NCBI RefSeq assembly: GCF_006345805.1
Contig: NC_043009.1
Span: forward strand, 56,296,001-56,360,000
DNA length: 64,000 nt
DNA from: Octopus sinensis
Lineage: Eukaryota
Reading direction: 5' to 3'
Both the position numbers and the translations under genes were made by a program. This document shows positions 1 to 11,648 of this stretch, one piece after another. The notes beneath the pieces are model-generated. The model searched no databases, was not told the DNA's origin, and was given only the letters and a program-made list of their open reading frames with translations. How positions within the stretch are numbered: position 1 is the first letter of the stretch; every line of letters starts with the position of its first letter.

Positions 1-289
1 TATGTATTTATGCGTGTATATCTACATGTGTCAATCTTTGTTTTTGTGTTTTTCCTCCACCACTGCTTGCAATCACTGTTGCTTTGTTAACATCCCCGTA
101 ACCTAGTGGTTTGGCAAAAGAGCCCAATAGGATAAGTACTGGGGATCAATTACTTCAGCTAAACCCATCAAGGTGGTGCCCCAGCATGGCCACAGTGATT
201 GAAACAAGTAAAAGATAAACAGATTAATTGTTTATACATTTATAATTTGGCAATTTTGTAAAACAGGTTTTGTTTTGTCTCATTTAAAG

Positions 290-454
290 GCCATTTAATT
301 CTTTGAAATTGAAAGGTCAGTTTAGCTTTATGGAAGCCCATTCTTGGGGGAGTTCTTGCCTACCAGAATTTCCTGAAAAGCCTCCAATGGAAGAGACTGC
401 TGTTCACTATTTCATCTCTGCTTTTCAACAAACAATGCTGGAATGTTCTTACAG
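290..454 (+). CDS. BBS7: BBS7 exon: [54 protein letters not shown]
   Basis: Acceptor tttaaag|g at 289/290; donor ag|gtcaga at 454/455; phase 2 to phase 2. Confidence 0.88.
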
Positions 455-2259
455 GTCAGAACAATTGATATATTTATTTGCATTATTAAGATTATTTTTC
501 AACTAAATTTTTGTTTTTCAGAAAAATAAGGTTAATCCATAAGGTTCAGCCATGATTCAGTGTGCCATGAAAAGAATTTGAGTTTTACCATTTTGATATC
601 CAACGACTGTACTCAGAGACTGCAATGCATCCCGTTACTTGTATGCTTCGAGAGAATCAGCTCAGTCTGTTTCATCATGTTGCTTGGTTTTCTTAGATCA
701 CGCTTACTGTGTTCTCTTCCTTGAGGATGTCACTCAGGTGATGGTTTGTGTTAGTTGACCTCATGCCACATGGTCGTGGTGGTTGAGGAAGTGTAAAGAT
801 GGAGTCTGACTGCAACACTGCTCAGAGGGTTGCCTGGGACAACCCAAGCAAATACTAACTAGTGGTAAATGCAGTGACGTGCTGAAACAGTGCCTACCCC
901 TGTACCTGATCTGACATTTTGGTATATCAGATTGAGTAAGCAACATTTTGAACCGTGAAGAATTTGTACTGGATTTTTGTAGAGTTATAGCCCCAGGATG
1001 CATACTGACTTCCACAACTGAAATGTAAACACCAAATTGGGAAAATGAATCACTAAATAGAAAATTTAAATTACCAAATTAACTAACAATGAAAAGTATG
1101 TATTCATTTATTTATTTATTTGTTTATTTATTCATTGCAGTAAAGGAGAAATATTATTTCGTTCTGAAAATATCTCAACTATTTCTATCTTGAAAGATTT
1201 CATTACAACAGAAGCAACTAAAAAGAAAATTCATCTCACCATTACATGTGGTAAGTTTGTATGATTGTTTTTTTGTTTTACATTTTTTCCATAGTGGCAT
1301 AGGTTAGATGAATACATCAAGACATTATTTTGTCATTAGATGAATATATCAAGACATTATTTTGTAACCATATGCCCCATCTGTTGTTAACTCTTGCCTG
1401 TTTTTAAAGAAAGGTAGTTTACTTTCCAGTTACCTTCAAAACTTCAGAGTTTGTAGACAACTTTGTTGGCAGAGAAATGCCAATAGGCATAGGAGTTGCT
1501 GTGTGGTAAGTAGCTTGCTTACCAACTACATGGTTCCGGGTTCAGTCCCACTGCATGGCACCTTGGGCAAGTGTCTTCTACTATAGCCTCGGGCCGACCA
1601 AAGCCTTGTGAGTGGATTTGGTAGATGGAAACTGAAAGAAGCCCGTTGTATATATGTGTATATATATATATGTGTATGTATGTGTGTTTGTGTATGTTTG
1701 TGTGTCTGTGTTTGTCCCCCCAACATCGCTTGACAACCAATGCTGGTGTGTTTACGCCCCCGTAACTTAGCAGTTCAGCAAAACAGACCGATAGAATAAG
1801 TACTAGGCTTACAAAATATAAGTCCTGGGGTCAACTAACGGCGGTGCTCCAGCATGGCCACAGTCAAATGATTGAAACAAGTAAAAGAGTAAAAGAGATG
1901 TTACTGTCCATAGTTCAGTGATTTTTTTTTAAATGCAAAACACAGAAGATAAGCATTTATGCAGTTACACACACACTGCTTCAACAAACTCCATCTGAGC
2001 CATACAAGCATGGAAAATCATCAGCAGCATCATCATCGTTTCAACATCCACTTTTCTGTATTTGCATGCATTGGAAAGAATTTGTCGAGGCACACTTTCT
2101 GTGGCTGGAAGTCCTTCCTGTCACCAACCCTTACCTGTTTCCAAGTAAGGTAATATTTCCTCATGCCTAGACAATGTTTTTCATGGAAGATTGGAGACAA
2201 AGGACACCATTTGTATGACAGTGATGCTCGTTTTCAATTGTCACGTGATATCAAGATAA

Positions 2260-2296
<37 letters not shown>

Positions 2297-4501
2297 GGCT
2301 TCTTTCATTTTTCATTTACCAAATTCACTTACAAGGCTTTGTTTGGCCTGGAGCTACAGTAGAAGGTACTTGCACAAGGAGCCACACAGTGAGACTGAAC
2401 TCAAGACCATGTTATTTGGAAGCAAATTTCCAAACAACACAGCTATGCTGTTGAGCCAATGCTACTGATGATGATGATCAAAACGGTGGTGGTGTAGGCA
2501 GTGGCGGTAGTGGTAGTGATGACAATGACAATTAAAGCTAATTTAGTGGAGCAATTTTTATTATTTGCTTAACAATTTGGTTCATTTATATTTTGTTAAT
2601 TGAATATCTGAATTACAAGTAACAGTTGAAAAGTTGAGATAAAATCAGCAGACATGATAATGTACAAATTGATCAAGTACAGTATACATATTTCATGAAA
2701 AATTCTCTTTCAGATGTTGATAATAACTTAGTACCTTACGTACTGAATATCATGCACCCAAAAATGGAAGAGCAATTGAGATTAGCCAGAAATGTAAAGA
2801 TATTGGAAGCCTTAGAGGTAAACAAATTATATTTTAATAACAATGGTTTCAAATTTTGGCACAAGGCCAGCAATTTTACATCAGTGGGTAAGTTATTACA
2901 TCAACCCCAGTGCTCAACTGGTACTTATTTTATCAACCCTGAAAGGATGAAAGGCAAAGTTGATATTGGCAGAATTTGAACTCAGAACATAAAGGCAGAC
3001 AAAATGTCACTAAGTATTTGTCAACTTTGATATTCATCCTTCCAGAGGTCAGTAAATAAAGTACCAATCTAAGACAGTGAATTGTTGGAGTGGTAAAATG
3101 GTTAGAGTTTCAAAAGGATACCTTGTGATATTTGTTTCATCTCTTTGTGTTCTGAGTTCAAATTCCACCATAGCCAACATTGGTGTTAGACTTAATTTTT
3201 AATTTTGTTATGTTTAACACCACCACATGGTCCTTGGGTGCCTTGGCAGAGTTTTTTTTGTTGCCAGCATTCAGGCCATTTCTCTGTTTTAGGGATACCT
3301 TTTCCACCTTTCTTCTCCTTCCTATCAGTTTCGTATGCTCGTTACAAAAAAGGTCACGTGTACTAACCCAGCAACAAAAGCAAAAATACAAATAATCATG
3401 TTTATCTGCAGAATAATGTAGAATGATTAGAATAGAATCTAATGTATTAATAATGTGTTTGTATTTGGTTTACAAGATTCTTGATATGAACTCATGTGTT
3501 GAAACAAATCTTGTTGCATCTTGGGAGGGTCTTTATGCCAATAATATAAAACACATGCACTGGTTTAATATCACTCTTTATTGTTAGTCAGTTGGTTAAA
3601 TATCTAAGTAACTAACTAAATGATCAATCAGCATCATCACCATCGTTAAATCTCCACTTTTCCATATTTGTATGGGTCAAATGGAAATCATTGAGGTAGA
3701 TTTTCTATGGCTGAATATTTATACTGTTTCCATTAACTTCAACAGTATAAATATTTATTCTTTCATTTGCAATATAAACATTTCCTTCCTCCGGGCGAAT
3801 CGGCAGTAGTCTAGTGGAGTGAGTCAATCCTGACCATACAAGCATAGCGGGGAAGCACCACGAGGTAGCAGCTTGAGAGAGCTGCTGGAGACACGTCTGT
3901 ATCATTCAGCTGCTAACGTCAAAAGAGAGAGATAAAGGAGAACTTTGCTGCTGCTAGTTTTCTGCACATGTACAAGAGGGAAGTTCCGGCAGGCCTTCCA
4001 GAAGATTCCAACCCTGTCATGCATGCTGGAGATTTCCAAGATGGCGTCACTACAATCCCTTCCAACCCTCTCTTATTTCCAAGCATCATAATATTTTCAA
4101 ATGGCCAGGCATGTTTTTCATGGAAGACTGGAAGCAATTGACATCCTTTGTTTGACCCAGATGCTTATTTACAACCATGATGTCAAGACAAGGGCACACA
4201 TACACACATTGGGCAGTAATAAGTGACTGAGACCTTTGGCAATATACTGCTTGAGAAGACCAGTCAAGCCAAGTGAGAGCATAGTCGTGCCCAATGCCAG
4301 TGTTTCATAACTGACACCCATGGCGGTAGCACATAAAAAGTATCTGCTACACTCTTGGAGTGGTTAGCATTAAGAAGGGCATCCAGCTATAAAACCCATG
4401 CCAGATTAGATTGGAACTTGGTGCAGCTCCCCAGCTTACTATTTTTCAGTCAAACCATCCAACCCATGCCAGCATGGAAAACGGGTATTAAATGATGAAT
4501 A

Positions 4502-4547
<46 letters not shown>

Positions 4548-6237
4548 TAGGCTTCTTTCAGTTTCTGTCTACCAAATCTATTTGCTGGAATTTGGAGTGC
4601 CCAGGGCTGTAGTTGAAGACACTTGCCTAAGATGCCATGCAGTGAGACTGAACCTCAGATTACATTGTTGGGAAGCAAGCTTCTTAACCATAGCACCACA
4701 CTTGCACCTATACTGCTTCCTTTATATAGCAGTGACTGTGTTGTTGAAAGAGTCTAGAGTGACATGTCTCCATTGCAGAATGTAGTGTGCTGGGAATTCA
4801 CAGTAAAATGTATTTTCAGGCCTATACAACCAGGAAAAGCAAATCTCCTAATGATTTGATAAATGTCTTTCTTTTTTTTCTACTTTCTTTTTCTTACCAG
4901 GAATTACAAGTACATGAAAAAGATCTCAGTTTCCTATCAGAAGAATATCAAAAGATTCTAGAACATGCAGAGAGTATCAGAAATGAGTTTTCCCAAAGTT
5001 CATTCCACTTAGAAAGACTTCATAATATCCTTTTTCTTAGCAACCATCTTATTGATTTCTTTTATTGGTGGTGGTGGTGGCTGGGGGGCAATTGTATCAA
5101 ATTATCTCTCCCTCTCTTTCACAACCACCACTATTGTTATTGCTGTCATCAGAACTGAAGTTGACTAAATCACTAGAAAGATGAATTCCCAATCAAGATT
5201 TGATGGTTTGTATTCAATAATAGTCAATGTACTATGTCCATGGTCAACATACATAGCTTTAAATTCTCAACCAGGATCTATTTAACCCCCAGGGGTCCAT
5301 GAAAGGAAAATAGTAAATTAGGGATCTACAGTAATATTTTAAGGGTCCATGAAAATATGTTACTTTGGATATATTTATTGCCAGAAACATCTAGGCTTCT
5401 TTCTCTAACATTTTACACTGTTCAACCTACACAAGTTAACCCTTTAGCACTTAGCTATCATCATCATCGTTTAATGTCTGTTTTCCATGCTAGCATGGAT
5501 TGGATGGTTCGACCGGGGTCTGGGAAGCCAGGAGGCTGCAGCAGGCTCCAGTTTGATCTGGCAGTGTTTCTACAGCTGGATGCCCTTCCTAATGCCAACC
5601 ACTTTATGAGTGTAGTGGGTGCTTTTTACATGCCACCGGCACAGGGGCCAGAGGAGGTTGGCAATCCAGTCGAAATATTCTACCCGTTTTATGTTCAAAC
5701 CAGCCAGATCAGGCCTCTTACAAGTAACCTACAATGTCAATCTAAAAATAAACAATCACATTATATTCATCTTGAAACTACAGGACATGATCAATTTAAA
5801 ACAATGTGAATAAAGAAGCATTGCATTTGGCAGAGAAATCTTAATGCTAAAGGGTTAATGTATAAAAAACAAAATAGGAATTTTGAAAGAAGTATCTGTA
5901 AAATTAGTCTTTAACTACAAGTGAGAATAGGGACCTACCAGAATAAAATAAGTAATCAAAGGGGTTCATGGGAATTAGGTGATGCTGCAAAATAGATTCT
6001 TTGCATCATAAAGACCACACACACAAAACTCATCAATTTAATCATTTTTAATATGTATGTATTTATATTATTGAATTCCTTAACTCTTTCTCACATGTTA
6101 TTACAGATTTATTTATTGACAGCAACAGATTTAAAGGACATGATGTCAAAAACAAATTACCTATTCTTAAAGACATTCTTATAAACTATGACCTGTGCAA
6201 ACTGGTTAGGTTTTTTGATACTGCCACTGAGTCATGA
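290..6237 (+). CDS. BBS7: Bardet-Biedl syndrome 7 protein (BBSome subunit), 3' part; exons 290-454, 1141-1250, 2714-2817, 4901-5024, 6095-6237; gene begins upstream of the window
   Basis: Spliced frame is continuous across five exons. It matches the BBS7 C-terminus as recalled (GQFSF.E.HSW..CLPE.PEKPP; [11 protein letters not shown]....EATK.KI; HPK.E.QL.LA; ELQ.HE; HLERL..ITDLFID..FKG..VK.K.P.L..IL..YD). Confidence 0.93.
520..900 (+). mobile_element. Heavily decayed RTE-type LINE 3' fragment in a BBS7 intron
   Basis: Degenerate traces of HVA and GRPHATW-like C-terminal RTE motifs; many stops. Confidence 0.3.
1141..1250 (+). CDS. BBS7: BBS7 exon: (S)[36 protein letters not shown]
   Basis: Acceptor ttgcag|t; donor g|gtaagt; frame joins both neighbours. 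Confidence 0.93.
1490..1897 (+). mobile_element. tRNA-derived SINE, family A (CORE-like ccttgggcaagtgtctt domain, internal TA/TG microsatellite, tail ending gtaaaagagtaaaagag)
   Basis: Same modules recur at about 30-215, 17260-17560(-), 19864-20030, 35990-36500 and 60145-60512(-). Degenerate B-box ggttcagtcc. Confidence 0.8.
2027..2450 (-). mobile_element. Family A SINE head with RTE-LINE-type tail
   Basis: Head modules at 2290-2450 and (cat)n tail at 2027-2040, as in the copies at 16221-16550 and 20050-20460. Confidence 0.65.
2714..2817 (+). CDS. BBS7: BBS7 exon: (D)[34 protein letters not shown]
   Basis: Acceptor ctttcag|at; donor gag|gtaaac. Confidence 0.92.
4901..5024 (+). CDS. BBS7: BBS7 exon: [41 protein letters not shown]
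   Basis: Long polypyrimidine tract then ccag|gaa; ends at non-canonical donor a|ATATCCTTT (U12 type). Confidence 0.92.
5025..6094 (+). other. BBS7: U12-type (minor spliceosome) AT-AC intron, last intron of BBS7
   Basis: 5' splice site ATATCCTTT at 5025-5033; branch point TTCCTTAAC at 6076-6084; 3' end CAC at 6092-6094, 10 nt after the branch motif. Splicing gives in-frame [15 protein letters not shown], which aligns with BBS7. Confidence 0.9.
5440..5854. mobile_element. piggyBac-like MITE (TTAA|CCCTTTAG...CTAAAGGG|TTAA) with a nested LINE-tail insertion at about 5459-5665
   Basis: TIR CCCTTTAG(c), TTAA on both sides; second copy at 14261-14463 shares internal sequence. Confidence 0.75.
6095..6237 (+). 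CDS. BBS7: BBS7 terminal coding exon: (N)[46 protein letters not shown]
   Basis: Follows the AC acceptor; TGA stop at 6235-6237; matches the BBS7 C-terminus. Not in the ORF track because it is short. Confidence 0.9.
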
Positions 6238-6443
6238 AAAGCCAACAAAAAATTGTTCTATCAAATATATTTGAAATGTTATCTTGGTATAAGATTTTAC
6301 TGTAAATTAGAATATAAAAATAATATTATTAAATGAAAGTTACACAATGATTTTGTTATGTTGTGTTTATGTCTCCAATAATGTTCACAGTTCCAACCAG
6401 CTTTTAACTTATTACTTATATATATATGTATAGTTATACATGT

Positions 6444-6540
6444 ATCATCATCATCATTTAGCGTCCGCTTTCCATGCTAGCATGGGTTGGATGGTTCAAC
6501 TGGGGTCTGGGAAGCCAGAAGGCTGCACCAGGCCCCTTAT
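6444..6540 (-). mobile_element. Short 5'-truncated copy of the RTE LINE 3' end
   Basis: Nearly identical to the tail at 6563-6670; separated from it by (TA)n. Confidence 0.8.
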
Positions 6541-6562
6541 CTGTATATATATATATATATAT

Positions 6563-9500
6563 ATCATCATCATCATCATCATCATCGTTTAGCGTCCGTT
6601 TTCCATGCTAGCATGGGTTGGACGGTTCTACTGGGGTCTGTGAAGCCAGAAGGCTTCATCAGGCCCAGTCAAATCTGGCAGTGTTTCTACGGCTGGATGC
6701 CCTTCCTAACGCCAACCACTCCGTGAGTGTAGTGGGTGCTTTTTACGTGCCACCCGCACTGGTGCCAGACAGAGCTGGCAAACGGCCACGAACGGATGGT
6801 GCTTTTTATGTGCCACCGGCACGAGGGCCAGGCGAGGCTGGCAACGGACACGAAACGGGGCGGTGCTGGCAACGGTCGCGAAACGGAAAGTTCTCTTACA
6901 TGCCACCGGCACTGGTAACACATCTGCAATTTCCATTGATCGATTTCCATTGATCGATTTCGATTCTGATCGTCACTTGCCTCAACGGGTCTTCACAAGC
7001 AGAGTTTTGACATGCCACCGGCACTGGTAGCACATCCGCAATTTCCATTGATCGATTTCGATTCTGATCCTCACTTGCCTCATCACGTCTTCACAAGTAG
7101 AGTTTTGTGTCCCAAGAAGGGAAGGTATGCATACGTAGGCTGGCTCCATCCCATGTAGAAGGCCACGGGTTATGGACTCACTTGTCCTGCCAGGTCTTCT
7201 CGCGCACAGCACACTTCCAGAGGTCTCGGCCTCTAGTCATTTCCTCAGTGAGACCTAAAGTTCGAAGGTCGTGCTTCACCACCTCGTCCCAGGTTTTCCT
7301 GGGTCTGCCTCTTCCACAGGTTCCCTCAACCGCTAGGGTGTGGCACTTTTTCACACAACTATCTTCATCCATTCTCGCCACATGACCATACCAGCGCAAA
7401 CGTCTCTCTTGCACACCACAACTGATGCTTCTTAGGTCCAGCTTTTCTCTCAAGGTACTTACACTCTGCCGAGTGTGAGTACCGGCATTACACATCCATC
7501 GGAGCATACTGGCTTCATTTCTAGCGAGCTTACGCATATCCTCAGCAGTCACGGCCCATGTTTCACTGCCATGTAGCATGGCTGTTCGTACACACGCATC
7601 ATACAGTCTGCCTTTCACTCTGTGCGAGAGGCCTTTTGTCACCAGCAGAGGTAAGAGCTCTCTGAACTTTGCCCAAGCTATTCTTACTCTAGCAGTTACA
7701 CTTTCAGCACACCCGCCCCCGCTGCTGACTTGGTCACCTAGGTAACGGAAACTATCAACTATTTCTAGTTTTTCTCCCTGGAAAGTGACGGAAGTTGGTC
7801 TCAGAGCATTTTCAGTGTTTATTGTTCCTGAGCATCTGCCACATACAAAAACCATCTTCCTAGTTAGCCTTCCTTTGACATTGCTGCATCTCTTATGTGT
7901 CCATAGCTTACACTTGGTGCATCTTATAGAGTTTCTACCTACACCTTTTCTACAGATCGAGCAGGGCCATCTACCTGAAGGTGTTTGTGATTTGTCTACC
8001 TTCCTACTGATTACGACTTTGGTTTTAGCTAGATTGACTCTGAGGCCCTTCGATTCTAATCCTTGTTTCCACACCTGAAACTTCTCCTCCAGTTCTGATA
8101 GCGACTCAGCAATTAGAGCAAGGTCATCAGCATAGAGGAGCTCCCAAGGGCATCCTGTCTTGAATTCCTCCGTTATTGCCTGGAGGACTATGATAAATAG
8201 GAGGGGGCTGAGTACTGAGCCTTGGTGGACTCCTACCTCTACCCGGAATTCTTCACTGTACACATTTCCAACCCTCACCCTACTAGCGGCGTCCCTGTAC
8301 ATGGCCCGCACAGCTCTCACTAACCATTCATCTATCCCTAGTTTCCTCATTGCCCACCAGATAAGGGATCGGGGGACCCTGTCGAAGGCTTTCTCCATGT
8401 CAACAAAAGCCAGGTACAGGGGCTTATCTTTGGCTAGGTATTTCTCCTGCAGCTGCCTTACCAGGAATATAGCATCAGTAGTACTTTTCCCTGGCACAAA
8501 CCCAAACTGCATCTCATCTAAACTAACTCTCTCTCTAATTAGTTGGGCTATGACCCTCTCCGTAACCTTCATCACCTGGTCCAACAGCTTGATACCTCTG
8601 TAGTTATTTGTATCTAGGGCATCACCTTTACCTTTGTAGCAGTTGACTATTATACTGCTACACCAGTCATTGGGTATGACCCCTTTGTGTATCACCTGAT
8701 TAACTATACGGGTGACTAGGCTATAGCCGACACTACCAGACATTTTGAGCATCTCTGCAGTGATTCCTGATGGGCCTGGGGCTTTCCCTGTCTTCATGCT
8801 TCTAATTGCCTTAGCTACCACGGAACTATCAACTCGGATAGCTGGTCCCTCTGTTGGGTCAACATTCGGCAGACTCTCTTTATCCCATTCATTTTCTTCA
8901 TTCAGCAACCTATCATAGTGGCATCTCCAAACCTCTCTCTTTGCATCCTCATTTAGCGCAAGTGAACCATCTTCCATGCGAACACACTTCTCTCCTACCA
9001 CATCACGATTCTCTCTCACACACTGTCTTGCAACACGAAACACCTCCAGTCTTTGGTCCTCACGGCGCAGAACATTGGCAAATTTTTTCTTATCTGCTTC
9101 CCCTCTGGCTAAATAAACCTGTCTCCTAGCTTCTCTTTTGGCAGTCTGATACAATCCCCTGCTACCCCCATTTTTCCAGACCTTCCAAGCCTGTCTCTTT
9201 TCTCTAATAGCCCTGTCTACAATATTGTTCCACCACCACGTTATTCTAGGTCGAGAGGGGACTTTGCACCAGCCACAGATCTGGTCAGTGGCTCTCAGCA
9301 GGTTGTCCCTTAGAAACGTCCAGCTGTCTTCTACCCCCTGTGATGCTCTATCCCCTTCTACTTCGTCAGAGGCTTCAAGTAATATGTCCCTAAATCTCTG
9401 TCCATTTGCAGGATCTTTAAGCTTCCAGATCCTTCTTCTCCATATTTGTCGTCTTCTGGTTGTCCTCCTAGTCCTGATCCTAAAGTCACTAACTACCAGT

Positions 9501-9930
9501 CTATGTTGTGGGGTACATTCTTCACCTGGGAAGGTTTTGGCATTTATAAGCAGCCATCTCTCCCTTTGCCTTGTAAGGATGTAGTCAATTTGGCTGGTAT
9601 GTTGGCCCGATTGGTAAGTGACTAGGTGGCTGGTAGGTTTCCTGAAGTTAGTGTTGCAAATCATAAGATTATTTGCATCGCAGAACTCCAGCAGCCTGGT
9701 TCCCTCCTCGTTGCGGGAGCCATAGCCATAGCCTCCATGTACGCCATGGAAGCCCCCAGCATGTCGTCCAACGTGACCATTGAAGTCACCAGCCACAAAG
9801 ATAAGGTCTCTGTCGTTCGTCAACGAGGTAGTCTGCAGTAGAGTGTCATAGAATCTGTCTTTCTGTCCATCGGGTAGCCCCGATTGAGGAGCATAGGCTG
9901 ATATAATGGTTGCTAAACTATGATGAAGCA

Positions 9931-9935
<5 letters not shown>
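6563..9935 (-). mobile_element. RTE-clade non-LTR retrotransposon, 5'-truncated within the APE endonuclease; 3'UTR 6563-7177 ends in (GAT)n
   Basis: ORF 7178-9931 has partial EN (AYAPQ, GDFNGHVG, SQIDY), RT (KAPGPSG, YRGIKLL, QFGF, KAFD, GVHQGSVLSP, YADD), YLG, and C-terminal RRLRWYGHV / GRGRPRKTW motifs. Confidence 0.95.
7178..9931 (-). CDS. LINE ORF (partial endonuclease + reverse transcriptase + inserted PHD finger), 917 codons with no stop; starts at TTG because of 5' truncation
   Basis: ORF track; motifs as above; C4HC3 finger at 7832-7963. Confidence 0.9.
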
Positions 9936-9959
<24 letters not shown>

Positions 9960-9965
<6 letters not shown>

Positions 9966-10720
9966 TTATTTAAATGAAGATAAGTTTGATTTGATTCACT
10001 TTCGGAAAGAGGAAAGTCTGAAATTACCATATGCTCTTCCCTCAGGTGACTCCCTAATGTCATTCAACAATACTAGAGATCTTGGAGTGATTGTTAAAAA
10101 CAATCTAAGCTGGAATTTCCACGTAAACAGCAAGGTTGACTTGGCCTGCAAGATGTGCTCCTGAATTTTGAGAACTTTCTAGTCTAGAGATGCCTACACC
10201 ATCATCCTTTTCTACTCTACTTTTGCCCGACCCCACCCTGAGTACTGTTGCCCACTGTGGTCCCCTCATATGAAACAACTCATTATGACAGTAGAAGCAC
10301 TCCAGAGGTTCATAACAAGAAAGATAGATGGCATGAGAGGTATTGATTATTGAGTTGACTAAAAAACCTCAATCTCTACTCTCTCCAACAACGCCGGGAT
10401 TGCTACATCATTTTGTTATGTGGAAAATATTCCATCAATATTGCACAAATGATGTTGGCATCAATTTTAAAATCCATCCAAGACTTGGCCACGTGCTGTC
10501 TGCTCAATACCAAAATTTGATCTCAGTACACATAGCAACATTACATCACAATTCCTTTACCTCAACTGGTACAGCTCTCTTTAATACCATACCAAAATAT
10601 ATCAAAACAGAAATGGATCCCATAAAATTCAAATGTTCACTGGACAAATTTCTTCAAAAAATCCCAGACCAACCTCCTACTTGGTTGCTTGGTATTGGAC
10701 AAATGTGTCTGGTGATTGCA
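9960..10720 (+). mobile_element. Decayed CR1/L2-type LINE 3' portion
   Basis: Frame-shifted remnants DLGVIV..NLSWNFHV, RPH.EYCCPLWSPH, LQR..TRKI, LNLYSLQQRR, DKFLQKIPDQP. Confidence 0.75.
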
Positions 10721-10949
10721 GGATATAATTCTTTTATTGTTCTGTTTGATCAATTCAAATCGTTTAGATGCATCATGAAACATTTTTATGCTACTCAGAC
10801 TGATTTAGGCAATAACTTTCCCAAAATGACAATGAGACACAAAGATATACATGCTAACACTCACACAAACACACACGTACACAACAGGCTTTCCTCAGTT
10901 TCCATCTGCCAAAATCCAGTTGCAAGGCTTTTGTCAGCCCAGGGTTATA

Positions 10950-11177
10950 TATTTCTTTATTGCCCACAAAGGGCTAAACATAGAGGGGACAAACAAGGAC
11001 AGACAAAGGGATTAAGTCGATTAGATCGACCCCAGTGTGAAACTGGTACTTTATTTATCGACCCCGAAAGGATGAAAGGCAAAGTCGACCTTGGCGGAAT
11101 TTGAACTCAGAACGTAACGACAAACAAAATACCACTAAGCATTTCGCCCGGCGCCCTAACGTGTCTACCAGCTCGCT
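10950..11177 (-). mobile_element. tRNA-derived SINE, family B (central gtcgactttgcctttcatcctttcggggtcgat domain), nested in a family A SINE
   Basis: B-box-like gagttcaaattcc; target-site duplication (gc)ccagggttata at 10937-10949 and 11178-11190. Confidence 0.8.
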
Positions 11178-11648
11178 GCCCAGGGTTATAGTAGAAGATA
11201 CTTGCTCAAGGCACTATGCAGTGAGACTGAACCTGATATCATGTATGTGGTTGGGAAGCAAACTTAGCTACATAGCCATGTGGAACATAAACACAAAAGT
11301 TTTATATGCAAAATATGATAGCTTAATTTTATTTCATATACAGTGCAAATTTTATTGCCTTTTATCTTTCAACAAAATATTTTTTATTCAAAGCATTTTA
11401 AATAATCAATTCAGTCGCTATTTTATGCTTACTCCCCCAAAATAAGTTAAAATAAGTTTTATATTGAAAAACTTGATAATTTATCCAAAGTCAAAAGTTA
11501 TATTTTTATTAACAAACTTCATCAATGTATTGACAAAATGAAACATTTTTTTGTTTTTTTTTCCCAAGAAACTGCTGCATATTAATAAACCAGCATTAGA
11601 TGTTGAATACCAAGAAAGCAACAATTTCCCTATAATTAAATAAATTAA

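Noticed and set aside
4787-5158. ORF read-through giving BBS7 a WWWWW-containing C-terminus
   Set aside because: The sequence after 5024 is intron (a ggt microsatellite). The homologous C-terminus is at 6095-6237.
6105-6106. Canonical AG acceptor for the last BBS7 exon
   Set aside because: It has no matching GT donor at the homologous position and would drop conserved residues (VIT). The U12 signals explain the junction exactly.
7785-9841. Several 70-150 aa plus-strand ORFs (7785, 8160, 8854, 9225, 9626) and minus-strand ORFs 39827-40641
   Set aside because: They are antisense shadows of the LINE ORF, with no independent coding signal.
10343-11104. 253-aa ORF as a host gene
   Set aside because: It is a chimaera of a decayed CR1 frame (alternative start) running into two SINEs.
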